From Malacoraja senta (Eukaryota): a stretch of 64,000 bases of DNA. The translations under genes and the position numbers were made by a program. Location of the stretch: NCBI GenBank assembly GCA_038087875.1, contig CM075991.1:10294001-10358000 (forward strand), read 5' to 3'. The notes beneath the pieces were generated by a model. It ran no database searches and was not told the DNA's origin. It was given only the letters and a program-made list of their open reading frames with translations. The stretch's first letter is position 1, and every line of letters begins with the position of its first letter. Of the stretch, positions 25,726-39,845 are shown piece after piece.

Positions 25726-27596
25726 CTGGGAAGGAAATGCAAATGTCAGATTCACACCGTTCTCTTTTCCTGCACAAATTCTATTCACGGCAAAGTTTAA
25801 CAATCCATAGTATAAAACGTTTACACATGTTATCATCCACCAGAGAATAACACCAGGAAGATTTGTGCCGCGATTATACGTTGAAAGGAAACAAATATTT
25901 CTCTATCCATTCAATTTATTAATGTCAGAATTATTGCATTTATAAAAGGGATCCATAAACTGCATTTGTGGTTCCGTCCTATCCATAAACTAATTGTTTG
26001 GGAAATGTCAACGATTTGTCTCGAAAGTCATAGATCAGAGAAAAGTAGAGCACACGAAGAGGCTCTTGGTCCACACATTGTCCGTGTCAAACACAATGAC
26101 CTCCACTCCTGTCTATGATCCACATCTCTCCATTCCCTGCATGTCCACATGCCCGTCTAAAAGCCACAATCGCATCTGCATCTGGGATCTCACTCGTAGT
26201 TAAAGATAGAAAGATCTTTGTCAATCTCCTCTCCTACCTCTCCCAATAACATGGGATAACTCCCATGAAACCCTGGGAATTTATCCACCAACACTCCTCA
26301 AGAGCTTCAACACCATTTGCTTCTTGATCTCAAACTGCCCCAGGTTATTAATATTCCCCACATTACTATCACTAAACTCCATGTCCACATCCTAGGTGAA
26401 TACAGGTGCAAAGTGCTTGTTTACTACCTTGCCTGCATCCTCCGATTCAAAGCACAAATTCCCCCCTCTACCCTTGAGTGGTCCTACCTTCTCCCTTGTA
26501 ACCCTCTAGTTTTCAAAGAACGTGTGAAAGGCTTTGTGATTTTCTTGAATCTGACTCGCTACAGACATTTCATGGCCCTTTTAGCTGTAGCTAAAGTCAC
26601 TTTAGCTGCCGCTGGCAGAGGCAATATGACTTGAGAAAGTGTATGAAGGAATTGTGGATGCTGGTTTAAACAAAAGATAGACACAAGAAGCTGGAGTAAC
26701 TCAGCGGGACAGGCAGCATCTCTGGAAGGGTCTCGACCCGAAACTTCACCCATTCCTTCTATCCAGAGTACTGCCTGTCCCGCTGAGTTACTCCGGCTTT
26801 TTGAGTCTATCTTTGCTTTCAGATATCTGTTCCACAAATAGCTCTATTGTCAGAATTTGCACATCATTGATTGTGTCAAGTAGTCAAGTAGATTCAGCTT
26901 GGTGACAAAGTAGACTAGAATATACTCCTGTACACATAAATACTGTATTGGAGGATGCAGATCGTTCTTATACACTTTGACCAAGCATTTGACGGGGAAT
27001 TTCAAGAGACATTAGTCATTCATGGAAATGGATCTGAACATACAGGACATTACTATTAGAATTAGAATGTTATGCACAATTATTATTATCAACAAAGACA
27101 TGTTCTAATCCCAGAGGATTTATCGGAACAGATATTAAATAATAAGAGAACAGTGTTATTCACAGGAAGTCAGATTCTTTATGTTACTTTGTCAAAAAAG
27201 TGAATTTGACTAGTTTAATTTAAATTTAATAATTCAATAAAGTTTTATGAAATACCCACAAACAGAAATGTTATGCTTTAAGCCTTCTGCATTGTAACAC
27301 AGTTAGAGTTCCTAACAAGAAATGCTTCAGCCCACTGTATAATCCTGGGCCGTGTTTAATACCCCTAGATCTCGTTTGTTGCCAATCAACATTCATATAT
27401 GTTCTTTGAATCTAAGATGTATTTCATCGTCCATGCTGGGAATTTGTAACTTGTAATCCCATTAGTAAAAGAATATTGCTGCTGCATTTCCTATTCGCTT
27501 TTGCTGTTCTTCGTTTGTCTAAAAAAAGCCCTGTTCTGTTTAACTTTTCGATGCAGCTGAATAGCGAACTATATCATACTGATCCAAGGTGTTCTG

Positions 27597-27799
27597 TCTA
27601 AGAAAGAACTGCAGATGCTGGAAAAATCGAAGGTAGACTAAAATCTGGAGAAGCTCAGCGGGTGAGGCAGCATCTATGGAGCGAAGGAATAGGTGGCGTT
27701 TCGGGTCGAGACCCAAGGGTCTCGACCCGAAACGTCACCCTATTCCTTCGCTCCATAGATGCTGCCTCACCCGCTGAGTTTCTCCAGCATTTTTGTCCA
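27597..27799. mobile_element. Inverted Penelope pLTR pair
   Basis: About 80-bp inverted arms; 13-bp TSD CCAAGGTGTTCTG (27584-27596, 27800-27812). Confidence 0.85.
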
Positions 27800-29093
27800 C
27801 CAAGGTGTTCTGACACTCATTTTGAAACTGTGGAGTTCCTTGGTCATCAAGTTTCCATGTGGCTGGTATGTGATAGCTACTAATGCACCTCAATAGTGGA
27901 GAAGTAAAGAATTTTAGCTTAACCTGTGCTTTGGAAAATGAGCAAAATCAGTGCAATGCTGGTTTAGCGGGGCAGTTGATTTTATTATTCACTAGTTCCA
28001 CCCGTTCTCTTCATTTTTTGCTACTTAGGTAAAAAAATATCCCCATTATTGTCAGAATTAAAAAAACATAAATACGGGTACAAGAGTAAAAGGCCATGAT
28101 ATTAAATGATGGCAGCATGACATATTAAATCCGTAAGTTGTCCTTCAAGATGAAACCCTTTACTTTAATAACCAACTTTAAAAGCTGCACTGCTACTGTT
28201 TCTAATTATGCCAAATTTATTCCAAGAAACAGTTTTGATGATCTCAGTGCTGACTACAATTCCCGCACAAGATGTGGTTGACATCTCCCGTGACAAATAA
28301 AACACAGACTTTGTCAGCAAATAGTACTTCAATAGTTATGAACAATGAATCATTTATTTACATTAAACTATTTTATACAATATTGCTTTCTGTGGGAGAA
28401 GAGCTGTGGAAAATTGAAACCACCCTGAGAAGGAGGCTGCGAATTCACTGTAGTGACAGACTATTTAATGAACTGAATTTTATCAATGGGGAGTAATCAA
28501 TAAGTTATCGAGCATGTATTCAGAGGCAAGACTTTGAATTCTACTGAGGCAACCGGGGAATTAATCTAAAATAAGCTATTTATCAGTATTAAACTACCAA
28601 ACTTTAAGAATATTAACAAGAATAATATCTTTAAGAATAATGAGTAAACCATTTAGAACGGAGACGAGGAAACACTTTTTCTCACAGAGAGTGGTGAGTG
28701 TGGAATTCTCTGCCTCAGGTGGAGGCAGGTTCTCTGGATGCTTTCAAGAGAGAGCTAGATAGGGTTCTTAAAAATAGCTGAGTCAGGGGATATGGGAGAA
28801 GGCAGGAACGGGGTACTGATTGGGGATGATCAGCCATGATCACATTGAATGGAGGTGCTGGCTCGAAGGGCCGAATGGCCTGCTCCTGCACCTATTGTCA
28901 AACTTGTAATAAAATATTTGTCTCGCCAATGTTTAAACTTCAGATGTGCTATTCTTTCCCAGCCTGGCAATAGGTCAACTACATGGACAGCCATTACCAA
29001 TGTAGGTGACTCTTAAACCCCCTGTGAAGTGCACATCAAGTTATGTAGGGTTGGTTAACAAAGGTACACCTTGCCAGTGTTGTCCATATATCA

Positions 29094-29231
<138 letters not shown>

Positions 29232-29489
29232 TTATTCATCTTTACTGGAAAAAAACTAATCGCATCAGACTTTATTGATTGCCACGAAGACCCGAACACA
29301 CCACTGGGGATGAAATATACAAGTTTCATCTTCAGCATGCAGCCCATAAAAATGTGGACAGAGAATGTTAAATTGGAGACGGACCGGGGCAGCATTGGAA
29401 CAGAGCAGTCAAGAGATTACAGAGCATGGTTCAAAATTGTGGGTTGAAATTGAGTCGATTTTTCTAAACTTTCCTTTTCTGACCAGCAG

Positions 29490-29780
29490 AGTGGCGCAGC
29501 GGTAGAGTTGCTGCCTTACAGCACCAGAGGCCCGGGTTCGATCCTGACGACGGGTGCTGCCTGTACGGAGTTTGTACGTTCTCCCTGTGACCGCGTGGGT
29601 GTTCTCCGGGTGCTCCGGTTTCCGCCCACACTCCAAAGACGTGCAGATTCGTAAGTTAATTGGCTTTGTAAGATGTAAAAATGTCCCCAACGTGAAGGAT
29701 AGTGCTGGTGTACAGGGTGAACGCAGGTCAGCGCGAACTCGGTGGGCCGAAGGTTTCCGCACTGTCTCTATAACGTCTAA
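29490..29780 (+). mobile_element. HE1-like V-SINE
   Basis: GTGGCGCAGCGGTAGAG..GGTTCGATCC head, V domain, CR1-type tail. Confidence 0.85.
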
Positions 29781-29782
29781 AG

Positions 29783-30142
29783 GACGACAGATGGCGCAAT
29801 GGGCTAAGTGTTCGGCTGGCAACCGGAAGGTAGCCGGTTCGAATCCCGCTTGGAGTGCATACTGTCGTTGTGTCCTTGGGCAAGACACTTCACCCACCTT
29901 TGCCTGCGTGTGAATGTGTGTGAATGTGTGTGAATGTATGTGAGTGATTGGTGGTGGTCGGAGGGGCAGTAGGCGCAGATTAGCAGCCACGCTTCCGTCA
30001 GTCTGCCCCAGGGCAGCTGTGGCTACAGAAGTAGCTCACCACCACCGAGTGTGACTGAGGAGTGAATGAATAATGCGATGTAAAGCGCCTTGAGTATTAG
30101 AAAGGCGCTATATAAATCCCATCCATTATTATTATTATTATT
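29783..30142 (+). mobile_element. tRNA-derived CORE SINE with L2-type tail, AFC-like
   Basis: A box TGGCGCAATGG, B box GGTTCGAATCC, CORE GTGTCCTTGGGCAAGACACTT, (GTGTGAAT)-type repeats, CCCCAGGGCAGCTGTGGCTAC, TGTAAAGCGCCTTGAG..AAAGGCGCTATATAAAT, (ATT)n tail. Confidence 0.85.
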
Positions 30143-31269
30143 AAAGACCCATTGTAGGATGTTACCGAGGCCTCCAAACTTCAAACGATGAGTGAAAAGC
30201 ATTAAGACATTTTTCTTTAAAGGTTGCAGCTTAAGGAAAGAATTTCCACCATCGACTATGATTCTCAGAAATGTTGATCATGTTTCCCCATTCCCCAAAA
30301 CCAATGCATATTTCTGTTCAAAGCCATCATAAGCATCTCTGGAACCAAGGGTTATTTAGATGTTCAGATTTATTGAAGCTTCAGTAGGTGCAAAAGAGAA
30401 TTCAATGGAATTCAATTCACAGAACATTGCAACTTAATCATGCTGATAGCTTCTTTCACCACCCGAAACCCTGGCTGGTCCTCTTCTCTTACCTACCTAG
30501 CTTCCTACATCTAATGTTGCTGCCGGTGCAGTCCCCGGAGCAGCTAAACCTCTGCTCTCGAGACTAAGGATAATGAGAACCTGACTGAAAGCTCAAATCT
30601 CTGATGCTTTGTTTACTTAACCAGATATCAAGGCAAAATATTGACTTTTATTTATTTTTAATATTCGGTATCTTCAGGCAACTACCATTTCAATCCCTTA
30701 TTGATCGTTACTTTGAATCATTACCAATTCCCAAGGCTCAAAAACGTTTTTGAACAGCAGAAAGAGCAACTCTACAAAATGAAAAAAGTTCAGTTGGCTT
30801 ACACCTAAAGTCTTGAACCTGAACATCACAAAATAGGCTCGTTATCACTGAATAGATTATGCTTCAGCACTTTTTGACAAAGTAATCAATAATTCCAGTC
30901 AAAAATATGAAATACACTCAGCTTTTAGTACACCACATAAAGCTTAATAAACAGCTTAATGTATGGCAGTGCAAATTAGGATTGTTCAAGATGAAAAATA
31001 GACTGAGGAATATATCAAGGAAACTGAGTGGGTTGGGATAAGAAAACATCAGTAATTTGTGGGGGTTTAATGTTTTCTTCCTGTTCTAATGATAAAAATT
31101 AATCGTTCACAAACTACCATTGAGAAAAAAGCAAAAGAATGGACTGCTGCCAGACACGCGTGGAAGATCGTGTTTGAATGTGTGCAATCTGCTGCTTCTT
31201 TTAAAGTCCAAATTAAAATTACTCCCACAACAAGCAACACCACTCTTCAATGTCTCACCTTCATCTTAC

Positions 31270-31438
31270 AGGGCATGTCCCACTTGGGCGTCATTTGCGC
31301 GTCATGACGCGCATGTGATCGCGCACGGTGTGCATTACGTGTGCATGGCGCGTGTTGAGGCGTAGTGGCTTTCGTGAATTCCAAAATCGTGCGGCGCCGC
31401 GCGCGACCGCCAAATGATGCCCAAGTGGGACAGGCCCT
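31270..31438. mobile_element. PIF/Harbinger-like MITE (short)
   Basis: About 27-bp TIRs GGGCATGTCCCACTTGGGCGTCATTTG / CAAATGATGCCCAAGTGGGACAGGCCC. Confidence 0.82.
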
Positions 31439-32114
31439 TAAGAGTCAACTCACTCTGAGAACACAACAAAGCCTGAGGCCATGCAGACGGCTTCAATGAA
31501 CAATGTACATTACTTCACACTCGCCATTAGATATTCCACAATCCCAAAACAGTTTAGCGTTTCCTTTTGAAGTCCTGAGATAAATTTCACCGGTACAACC
31601 TGAACCAGGTGTGGACGAGTGGAATGTCTTACGGCAGCAGGGTGCTAACAAAGGATTTGGTCACATGTTGCGCTACCAGGTAGAAAGTAATGGGCAGATA
31701 TTGAAGGCTGTCACTTCACAATGGCAGTGAGGGAGAGTTTCATTTTGAGTGATATTGTCCATCATACAAATAGTAGTACATTTGTGAGTTCTCTATCCAA
31801 GTTGGCTGCAAAGGCTCAGTCACCGAATATATTCAAGGCAGAAGTTGATAGATTTTTTTTTACAGTAAGGGAATCAAGGGATAGAAGATTAGTGCAGGTA
31901 AGTGACACTTGATTGAAAAAAATCATGTTAGATGAGGATGTCACACCCTTCCCAAGGGTTCAGGTGGGCTTTAGAAATCATAAGGGAAAACAAACAGTTT
32001 GTGGTCTTCTGTCCAATAAACTTAAAAAGAACATAGTTCATTTTGTGACTACAGTATACTGTTGCCTTAAAGGAAAATGTGTTTGCCTACCATTGCCAAG
32101 TGTTTTAAGACATC

Positions 32115-32680
32115 CAGTAACATAGGCAAGCATACTCTTTGTTGACTTCTATGGATGCACTGTGGAAAGTATCATTCATGGTTGCATCAAGGCCTGGTAT
32201 GGCAATTCTAATGCGAAGGAACGCAAGATGCTGCACAGAATGGTGGACTCGGCCTAGTCCAACATTGCATAGCCATTCCCTCCATCATAAGCAGCCACAT
32301 GAACCACTGCCTCAAGAAGGCGGCATCTCTCATCAAGATTCATCACCATCTGGGCTATGCCCACTTCTCACTGTTACCACCAGGCAAGAGGTACAGAAGC
32401 CTGAAGTTCCATACCACCAGATTCTTTCCCACAAATATCATATTCTTAAACCTACATGTACAACCACAATCCAACTGTGGCAATGTAACGCTATAGCCCA
32501 CGTCTGTCATTATCACGGAATTCTAATTGTGTATGCACTCATGTTTGGTTTTGCAGTCTTTTTGTTTCCACGGTCTTGTATAATTTACATTTGTGTGTGT
32601 TATTTATGTCAGTGATGGCATTGCAAGCAACAATTTCATTGTAAATGTACCTCACCTACTTGTGCAAGTGACAGTAAGCT
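32115..32680 (+). mobile_element. Old Rex1/Babar LINE 3' fragment
   Basis: FYGCTVESIIHGCIKAWYGNSNAKERKMLHRMV..CLKKAASLIK..HFSLLPPGKRYRSLK. Confidence 0.78.
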
Positions 32681-32825
32681 CGAAGATAGACACAAAATGC
32701 TGGTGTAACTCAGGGGTGGTCAGGCAGCATCTCTGGAGAAAAGGAATGGGTGATGTTTCAAGTTAAGGCCCTTGTTCAGACAATACGCTCAACTTGATAT
32801 TATAAAACAGTAGTGACAGATTTTA

Positions 32826-33441
<616 letters not shown>

Positions 33442-35052
33442 CACAATTCATTCAGGGAAAGGATTTTCCCTTGTTTTGCTGCCTGGCATCAAACTGCCTT
33501 GAAATATCAATTCAAAAAAGGTTGATGCAGAATAGAAAGGAAGAAATCTTGAAGTGTTATACCCTGATGTTAAATTTTGCCCGTGTAATTACCCCTCAAT
33601 TTTGAAATGACAAATTCTTGTGAATGTAGGCACTATTATATTAACAAAAATCTCCTGGTGTAGCTCACATACAGACTGGGCTCTGCACCACAGCATTTGG
33701 TTGTTAAATTGGTTTGTCTCTTCAAGAGATTAGCACCCTAGCATTCAAGTGACCTAAAAATAAAATGGCAAGTAACAGTAACTGCTTATAAACCATTGCA
33801 AGGAGTGCAGTTGTACACACTGATAGGTTCCAGGTCAATGATTAGTCACCTTCTTCATTTTTTTAAGGCTGTTTACAACTGCAATCAAGTGTGACAAATG
33901 TGTGCTGGATACTTGCGATCTTCTGCGGTTTTACTCAGTGGGTTAGTGTACATGCTACAAGCAAACTAACACATTAGCTGGACAGCCTATGATTTATTGC
34001 AACTGAAATTAGGTTTCTATTGCCAAACAGAAAGAGAGATTTTTTACAACATTGTATTCTTTCATGAAATATGGATGTCACTGACATTTATTATCCATCC
34101 CAAATGGTGCATTTTCTGGTTCCTTTTTTATGATTTTGCCCACATTTTAACCTGAAGTCAGCAGTAGTTATTGTGCTTAATTATGAACCAAATTACACGC
34201 TTGCCTTTTCCGTGGGAAAGTTCCAAAAAAAGCCAATTGGAAGAGAGCTCTGGGTATTGTATAGGGTATAAGTTAAAGTACTAAAGAGCAATGGGTGTTT
34301 AAATGTTGTCTTGATGCTTTGGGGGTAAAGATCTAATGGCAAAGAGCTGATGAAATGTGGAGGCCCGGAAAAGAATCAGTGTTCTGGTGACTGAGATTTA
34401 GATGTCAAAATACTGGGCTGGGAGGGTGGGAATTACCTTTGGGAATAAACCCTGGGAGAGGACGATGGAGTGTCAAGGAAGATTGCAGGAATGTACTGCG
34501 GCTGAGATTTGGTTCCGCATGGATTTCTTTCAGTAAGACACAAAGGAATAGGCAGCACGTGGTTTTCCAGGAGAATGATACGAGCTAATGTGAGGCTTTA
34601 CCATCGATGAGAGATCGGCTGCCTGAATGACTAACCATGCCTCTCCCATTGAGAAGCAGAGAAAAATATCTCCATGTTATTTGTACAACTGTGACCAAAT
34701 ATTTAAAGGTTGCAATTACAGTCTAAATTAATTAATTTTGGAACACAAAGCTAAAACACAAAGTACTGCTCCATTAAATGAAACGTCCCAAAGCAGAAGT
34801 CTTTGATCATCAACAACAGAAGTGCAGGGCTTGATTTGGGTTCCTCTTGAGGAGGCAACATCTTAATCTGAATTAAAGATACACCAGTCGCCACGATTGA
34901 AGTTGAATATTATTTCATGAACAAAAAAAATATTTCTAGTTTAAAGAGATGATTGTTTGCAAAACAGAGCTATCTCAGGGCTGGACAGCTGAATCTCAAA
35001 AGCTGCAGATGCATGTCCAACAGTTGAAATGTGGTTCTCCGAATAGATTTGA

Positions 35053-35208
35053 AGCTACTCCATGCAAAGCATGCACTCAGGGAACTGCATTATGAGATGC
35101 AGGCAAAGCACACACTTAGCTACTCCATGCAAAGCATGCACTCAGGGAACTGCATTATGAGATGCAGGCAAAGCACACACTTAGCTACTCCATGCAAAGC
35201 ATGCACTC
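35053..35208. repeat. Tandem repeat, 65-bp unit, ~2.4 copies
   Basis: AGCTACTCCATGCAAAGCATGCACTCA recurs at 35053, 35118 and 35183. Confidence 0.92.
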
Positions 35209-37171
35209 AAAACAACAAGGGAACTGCATTATGCCGGCATTTTACATCTATCTACACTTCCTAGTTGGTAAATTGACTGCTTTTATTTAATGCCTGGTTA
35301 ATGCGACCATTCCGCTACCACACCTGGGTGTAACAGGCAAAACTGCTCATATATTGTATCTAAGGTTCAGGAGTTTGGAGGCGAGTTTGGTTGGGATTGT
35401 GATGTTGAAGGAGGATCTATAGTCTGACTGGAGAGCACCCAAAGAAAGTTTTTCACTGCATCTCAGAACATGCGACAAAAATAAATTAATACACATCGAG
35501 GCAATGTTATTGTCCGAGTTAAAGATTGCCCCTGTGTTCTAAACACTAGCACACTTAGTTACGATAACTATTTAAATTTTTAATCTCCTTTCATTCAATT
35601 CACTTGGTTTCCTTGAAGAGATGCCAGGTCTCAGGGTATTAGCCTGTCTTAGCTGATGTTACCCAAATTCATGCCAACCTTGCTGTTTTTGTGTCTGCCT
35701 TTGACATTCGGGATTCCTTACGCTACCTGTCCAAATGCCGTCCCACATTGGCATTCAATCACCTTGCGTCCATTATGAGTTTCCAGCCAACATCTCGAAG
35801 ATCTATTCAGGTCACCACTTATGCAGCAGCAACATAAACTGGACATTTTGATGCCCTTTCCAATTGTCATTCACAGCCTTTGGCCAGTTCAGCTCACTAA
35901 CTGAAAATTAGTGCTTTGAAAACCTTTATGTCATCTTAAAACTTGAAAACGATTCTATGAAATGGCAGAGAGACTGCTCTTGAGATAGGAAAGTAGAAGT
36001 AAGACATAAGTCGTGGAAGTTTCATTCTTTTTCAACCATCTCAATTGCTGGGTCATCATTTGAGGAGAAGAACAAGAAGAATAGTCTGAACTTCAGAGGG
36101 GAATAGTTGTCTGTGCCTTTTGGACTAAGTCGAAACACATTGGGAAACAGGACCTTCTCAGCTCGACTAAATGGTATGGAATGTATGCAGATCCCTAGTG
36201 ATTATTGCGTGGTTATTATTAGTTAGTTATTTAGTTAAATAAGATGTACAGTTGACTCGTCTGGACTCTGCATGGTTTTAAATGAGAAGTGGCGGTCTAC
36301 CTTGCTAAACAGGTCCATAATGGCGGTCTTAAGCAGCAGAAACCCGATAACATCATCATGACTAAAAACTAATATTTGAGTGACTGCTGATACTCATGCG
36401 GGACATGAAAACAGAGAAACAAATGGGAGATAGCTAAAGGAAAGCAGAACATACAATAAAACAAATTAAGTTGTTAAAGAGAGCAGGAAAGTCAGGGACA
36501 GTAAGAAATAGAATGGATGAAAGCAAGTGAGAAAAGAGATAAATACCAAGGGCGAATGAGGACAAATGAGAGAGAGGACACAGAATGAGAAAAGTGGATA
36601 TGTAAAGAATTGTGAGATCAGACCAAAAATATTGAAAGATCGGGTGCAAAGGAAAGAAATTGAAAGTGAAAATTGAGACAAACATAAGAACTTAAAGAAA
36701 AGTAGAAATGTTAGTTAAACTTTCGGCAACAAACAGCATACCAAATGCCACTTTAATGAGCAGGATTTTGAAGCATTTTGCATAATGTGCCTGTCATCTG
36801 GCATGAGTAAAAACAATAATTAAATTTGTAATTTCTTTCCCTGGCTCTTGAGGTTTGAAGTTAGCTGCCCTTTAGTGGAGGTCAGGCAATCAATCATTTA
36901 TTATAATGCCTATTCTGGACTCCAGGCACCAGCAGAACAGGAAGACGGAGAGTCAGAGTGCATTTGTTGCTCTTCACGTTCACTTTCACCCCAGAGCTAT
37001 GTGATGCAACACACTGGCTTCTCAGCATCATTAAAACAGAACCAGAGAAACCGCATGCAGAACCTTCAACCCCCAAAAGATCCCTTTGTCAAGAGCTTAA
37101 AACTTTCAAGACTCATTCAGTAGCATGGAGAAGATTGAAATATTGTCAACATTTTTGTAAAGAATACATAC

Positions 37172-37280
37172 CACTATTACCACAGTCTGCACAGGAAATG
37201 AGTTCCTCGCGCTTCTTCTCTCGATTCTGCTCTTTTGTTCCCAGACAAAATCCACAGATTGGAATTGGTTCTGCACGGGG
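37172..37280 (-). CDS. KAT6A: KAT6A coding exon (human exon 3 equivalent), PHD finger 1 N-half
   Basis: ccaatag|CCC...AGTG|gtatgt; 109 nt, phase 0->1. Translates [37 protein letters not shown], close to recalled human KAT6A ([37 protein letters not shown]) and the same exon length. Confidence 0.96.
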
Positions 37281-38749
37281 CTATTGGCGGAAGAAAACAG
37301 ATGTTTTACACTCAGGAGCCGCACGTCAACATTATCAGCACATTTACCGTTAGCGAGGATGGAGCACCATCCCAGGGTTTCAAGAAGAACTAAAACGTTG
37401 CCAGCTAACCCAACGACTCAACAAGAATCCACGTTGCATTTGCTTTGGGGGAAACCCCTACACTGTGTGACAGTTGGCTGGAGATCTGGATGGTCCGTCA
37501 AGTGAGACAATAAACTGTTCTTTAACATCAACGGCCCACCCCTGTCCCCCTCACTCCTCCCCCCATCGCAGAGTGTCAACTTTAGTTCTCAAAATGGGGA
37601 ATAAAACCAAAAAGCAGCATCCTCAAAGGTAACGTTTCAGTCCATTTTCAACAAACTATCTTGCTGTGTACTTAATTACGGAGGACTCTCCATTAAGATA
37701 AAATGTAATTCAAAGAACCATTTTATCTGTGCAAACCTTTAAAAAAAATAACGCCATGTTGACTTTATAAAAACATGAGATCCAACAGCATGAGAAGGGG
37801 GCATTGTGCCTTGTCAATGGCGGATGGCAGTTTATTTGATGGACATTGACAGTAAATTAGAAACCATTTTCACTGACATCTGACAGACAAGAAGTTGTAA
37901 AAAAAAAAAAATCTATTCCAGCCATCCTGCAGGCTTCAAACTCCAATGTTTGATTACAAATCCAGAAATCGAGCACTTCAGAGACAAATAATTCAGAGAA
38001 GCTTAGTCAACAGAGGACAGCTTTACCAGTGCACCCATCTGGCTTTTCAACCAATACGGACGAATATCAATACTCATCTACCTGCCTGCTCAATGATGAT
38101 AATCACCTATAAATTTGACAACATTTTGACACTGTACTTTTAACCTAACTAAACAAATCAAAGTGGAGCATAAAGAAAAAATATTGTGCTCTTGTCTGTG
38201 TATCTACAGGGACGGTTTAAGAATTTGCAATCTTAGAACATAAGACACTGAAGTGTGATGTTATTGTAATAAAGACCGAGAATGCTGAGAAGAAACAGCA
38301 GGTCAGGGGAGTGTAATACAGAGCTAATTGTCTCAAATCATCCATCTGATTTTCTGCACAATTTATTGCATCTGCAGTTTTATTTTTGCCTTTGGCATAA
38401 TAATATTGTTATTTGAAACAAAACACTTTGAGAAGATGTTAACACTGGTGGGAACAACTTGGAAGAGGTGCGAGGCATCACTCAGCAGACAACTTTGGCA
38501 CCTTTCGCATCCCGTTGTAAGAGAATTCATGTTTCATTCAGTCAGTAGAACAGCCCCACATGACAGCCATTTATTGCATTACTGCAAGTTAAAGAATCTT
38601 GTTTTACGCAGTGCAAACTCTTGTCTCGGGGTGATCCAAAGCTCCGTGCAGCCACTGAAGTACTTTTAAAGCACTGTTTAATGAAAGAAATGCAGCAGCA
38701 AATGTTCAAGACTACCAAACATTAGAAGCAGCTATGAACGAGCAAGCAG

Positions 38750-39175
38750 GTAGAAACAAAGAACTGCGGATGCTGGTTTTAACCAAAGATAGACACAAAA
38801 AGCTGGAGTAGCTCAGCGGGTCAGGTAACGTCTCTGGAGAAATGAATAAATGATGTTTCGGGTTGTGACCCTTCTGTAGACTGAAGAAGAGTCTCGACAC
38901 AAAGGGTCAACTATTCCTCTTCTCCAGAGATGGTGCCTGACCCGCTGAGTTACTCCAGATTTTTGTGTCTATAAGATTTACTCCAGATTTTTGTATCTCT
39001 AAGACACAAAGTGTTGGAGTGACTCAGCGGGGTCAGGTGGCATCTCTGGCAAAAAAGGATAGGTGACATTCGAGTCGAGGCCATTCTTCAGTCCCCAACC
39101 CAAAACATCACCTGTCCTTTTTCTCCAGAGATGCTGCTTGACCCGCTGACATACTCCAGCATTTTGTGCCTATCT
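38750..39175. mobile_element. Two adjacent inverted Penelope pLTR pairs
   Basis: Two GACACAAA..CTGGAGTAACTCAGCGGG-type / inverse palindromes with degenerate hammerhead cores. Confidence 0.75.
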
Positions 39176-39283
39176 GTGCAGGTATCAGTGTTAGTGAAGA
39201 GATAAAATCTGTGCAGGACAATGGCAGACTGCTCCATTGCATCAAAATAGTATCACGGAAAGATCTATCTGGAGTATCTACCT

Positions 39284-39845
39284 ACCTGGAGTATTGTGTA
39301 CAGTTTTGGTCTCCTAATCTGAGGAAAGACATTCTTGCCATAGCGGGAGTACAGAGAAGGTTCACCAGACTGTTTCCTGGGATGGCAGGACTTTCATCTG
39401 AAGAAAGACTGGATAGACTCGGCTTGTACTCGCTAGAATTTAGAAGATTGAGGGGGGATCTTATAGAAACTTACAAAGTTCTTAAAGGGTTGGACAGGCT
39501 AGATTCAGGAAGATTGTTCCCGATGTTGGGGAAGTCCAGAACAAGGGGTCACAGTTTAAGGATAAGGGGGAAGTCTTTAGGACCGAGGTGAGAAAAACAT
39601 TTTTTCACTCAGAGAGTGGTGAATCTCTGGAATTCTCTGCCACAGAAGGTAGTTAAGGCCAGTTCATTGGCTATATTTAAGAGATAGATGTGGCCCTTGT
39701 GGCTAAAGGGATCAGGGGGTATGGAGAGAAGGCAGGTACAGGATACTGAGGTGGATGATCAGCCATGATCATATTGAATGGCGGTGCAGGCTCGAAGGGC
39801 CGAATGGCCTACTCCTGCACCTATTTTCTATGTTTCTATGTTTCT
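39284..39845 (+). mobile_element. CR1 (HER1-like) LINE 3' fragment
   Basis: [43 protein letters not shown], conserved 3' UTR, (TTTCTATG)n tail. Confidence 0.92.

Noticed and set aside
29783..29855. tRNA gene (also the heads of the V-SINEs)
   Set aside because: A/B boxes continue into SINE bodies and tails; no convincing cloverleaf or terminator.
29409..29990. 193-aa ORF
   Set aside because: Antisense read-through of two adjacent SINEs.
38600..38705. DeuSINE/SacSINE-like remnants (also ~40850, 45100, 55900)
   Set aside because: Too degenerate to bound or name reliably without an alignment.
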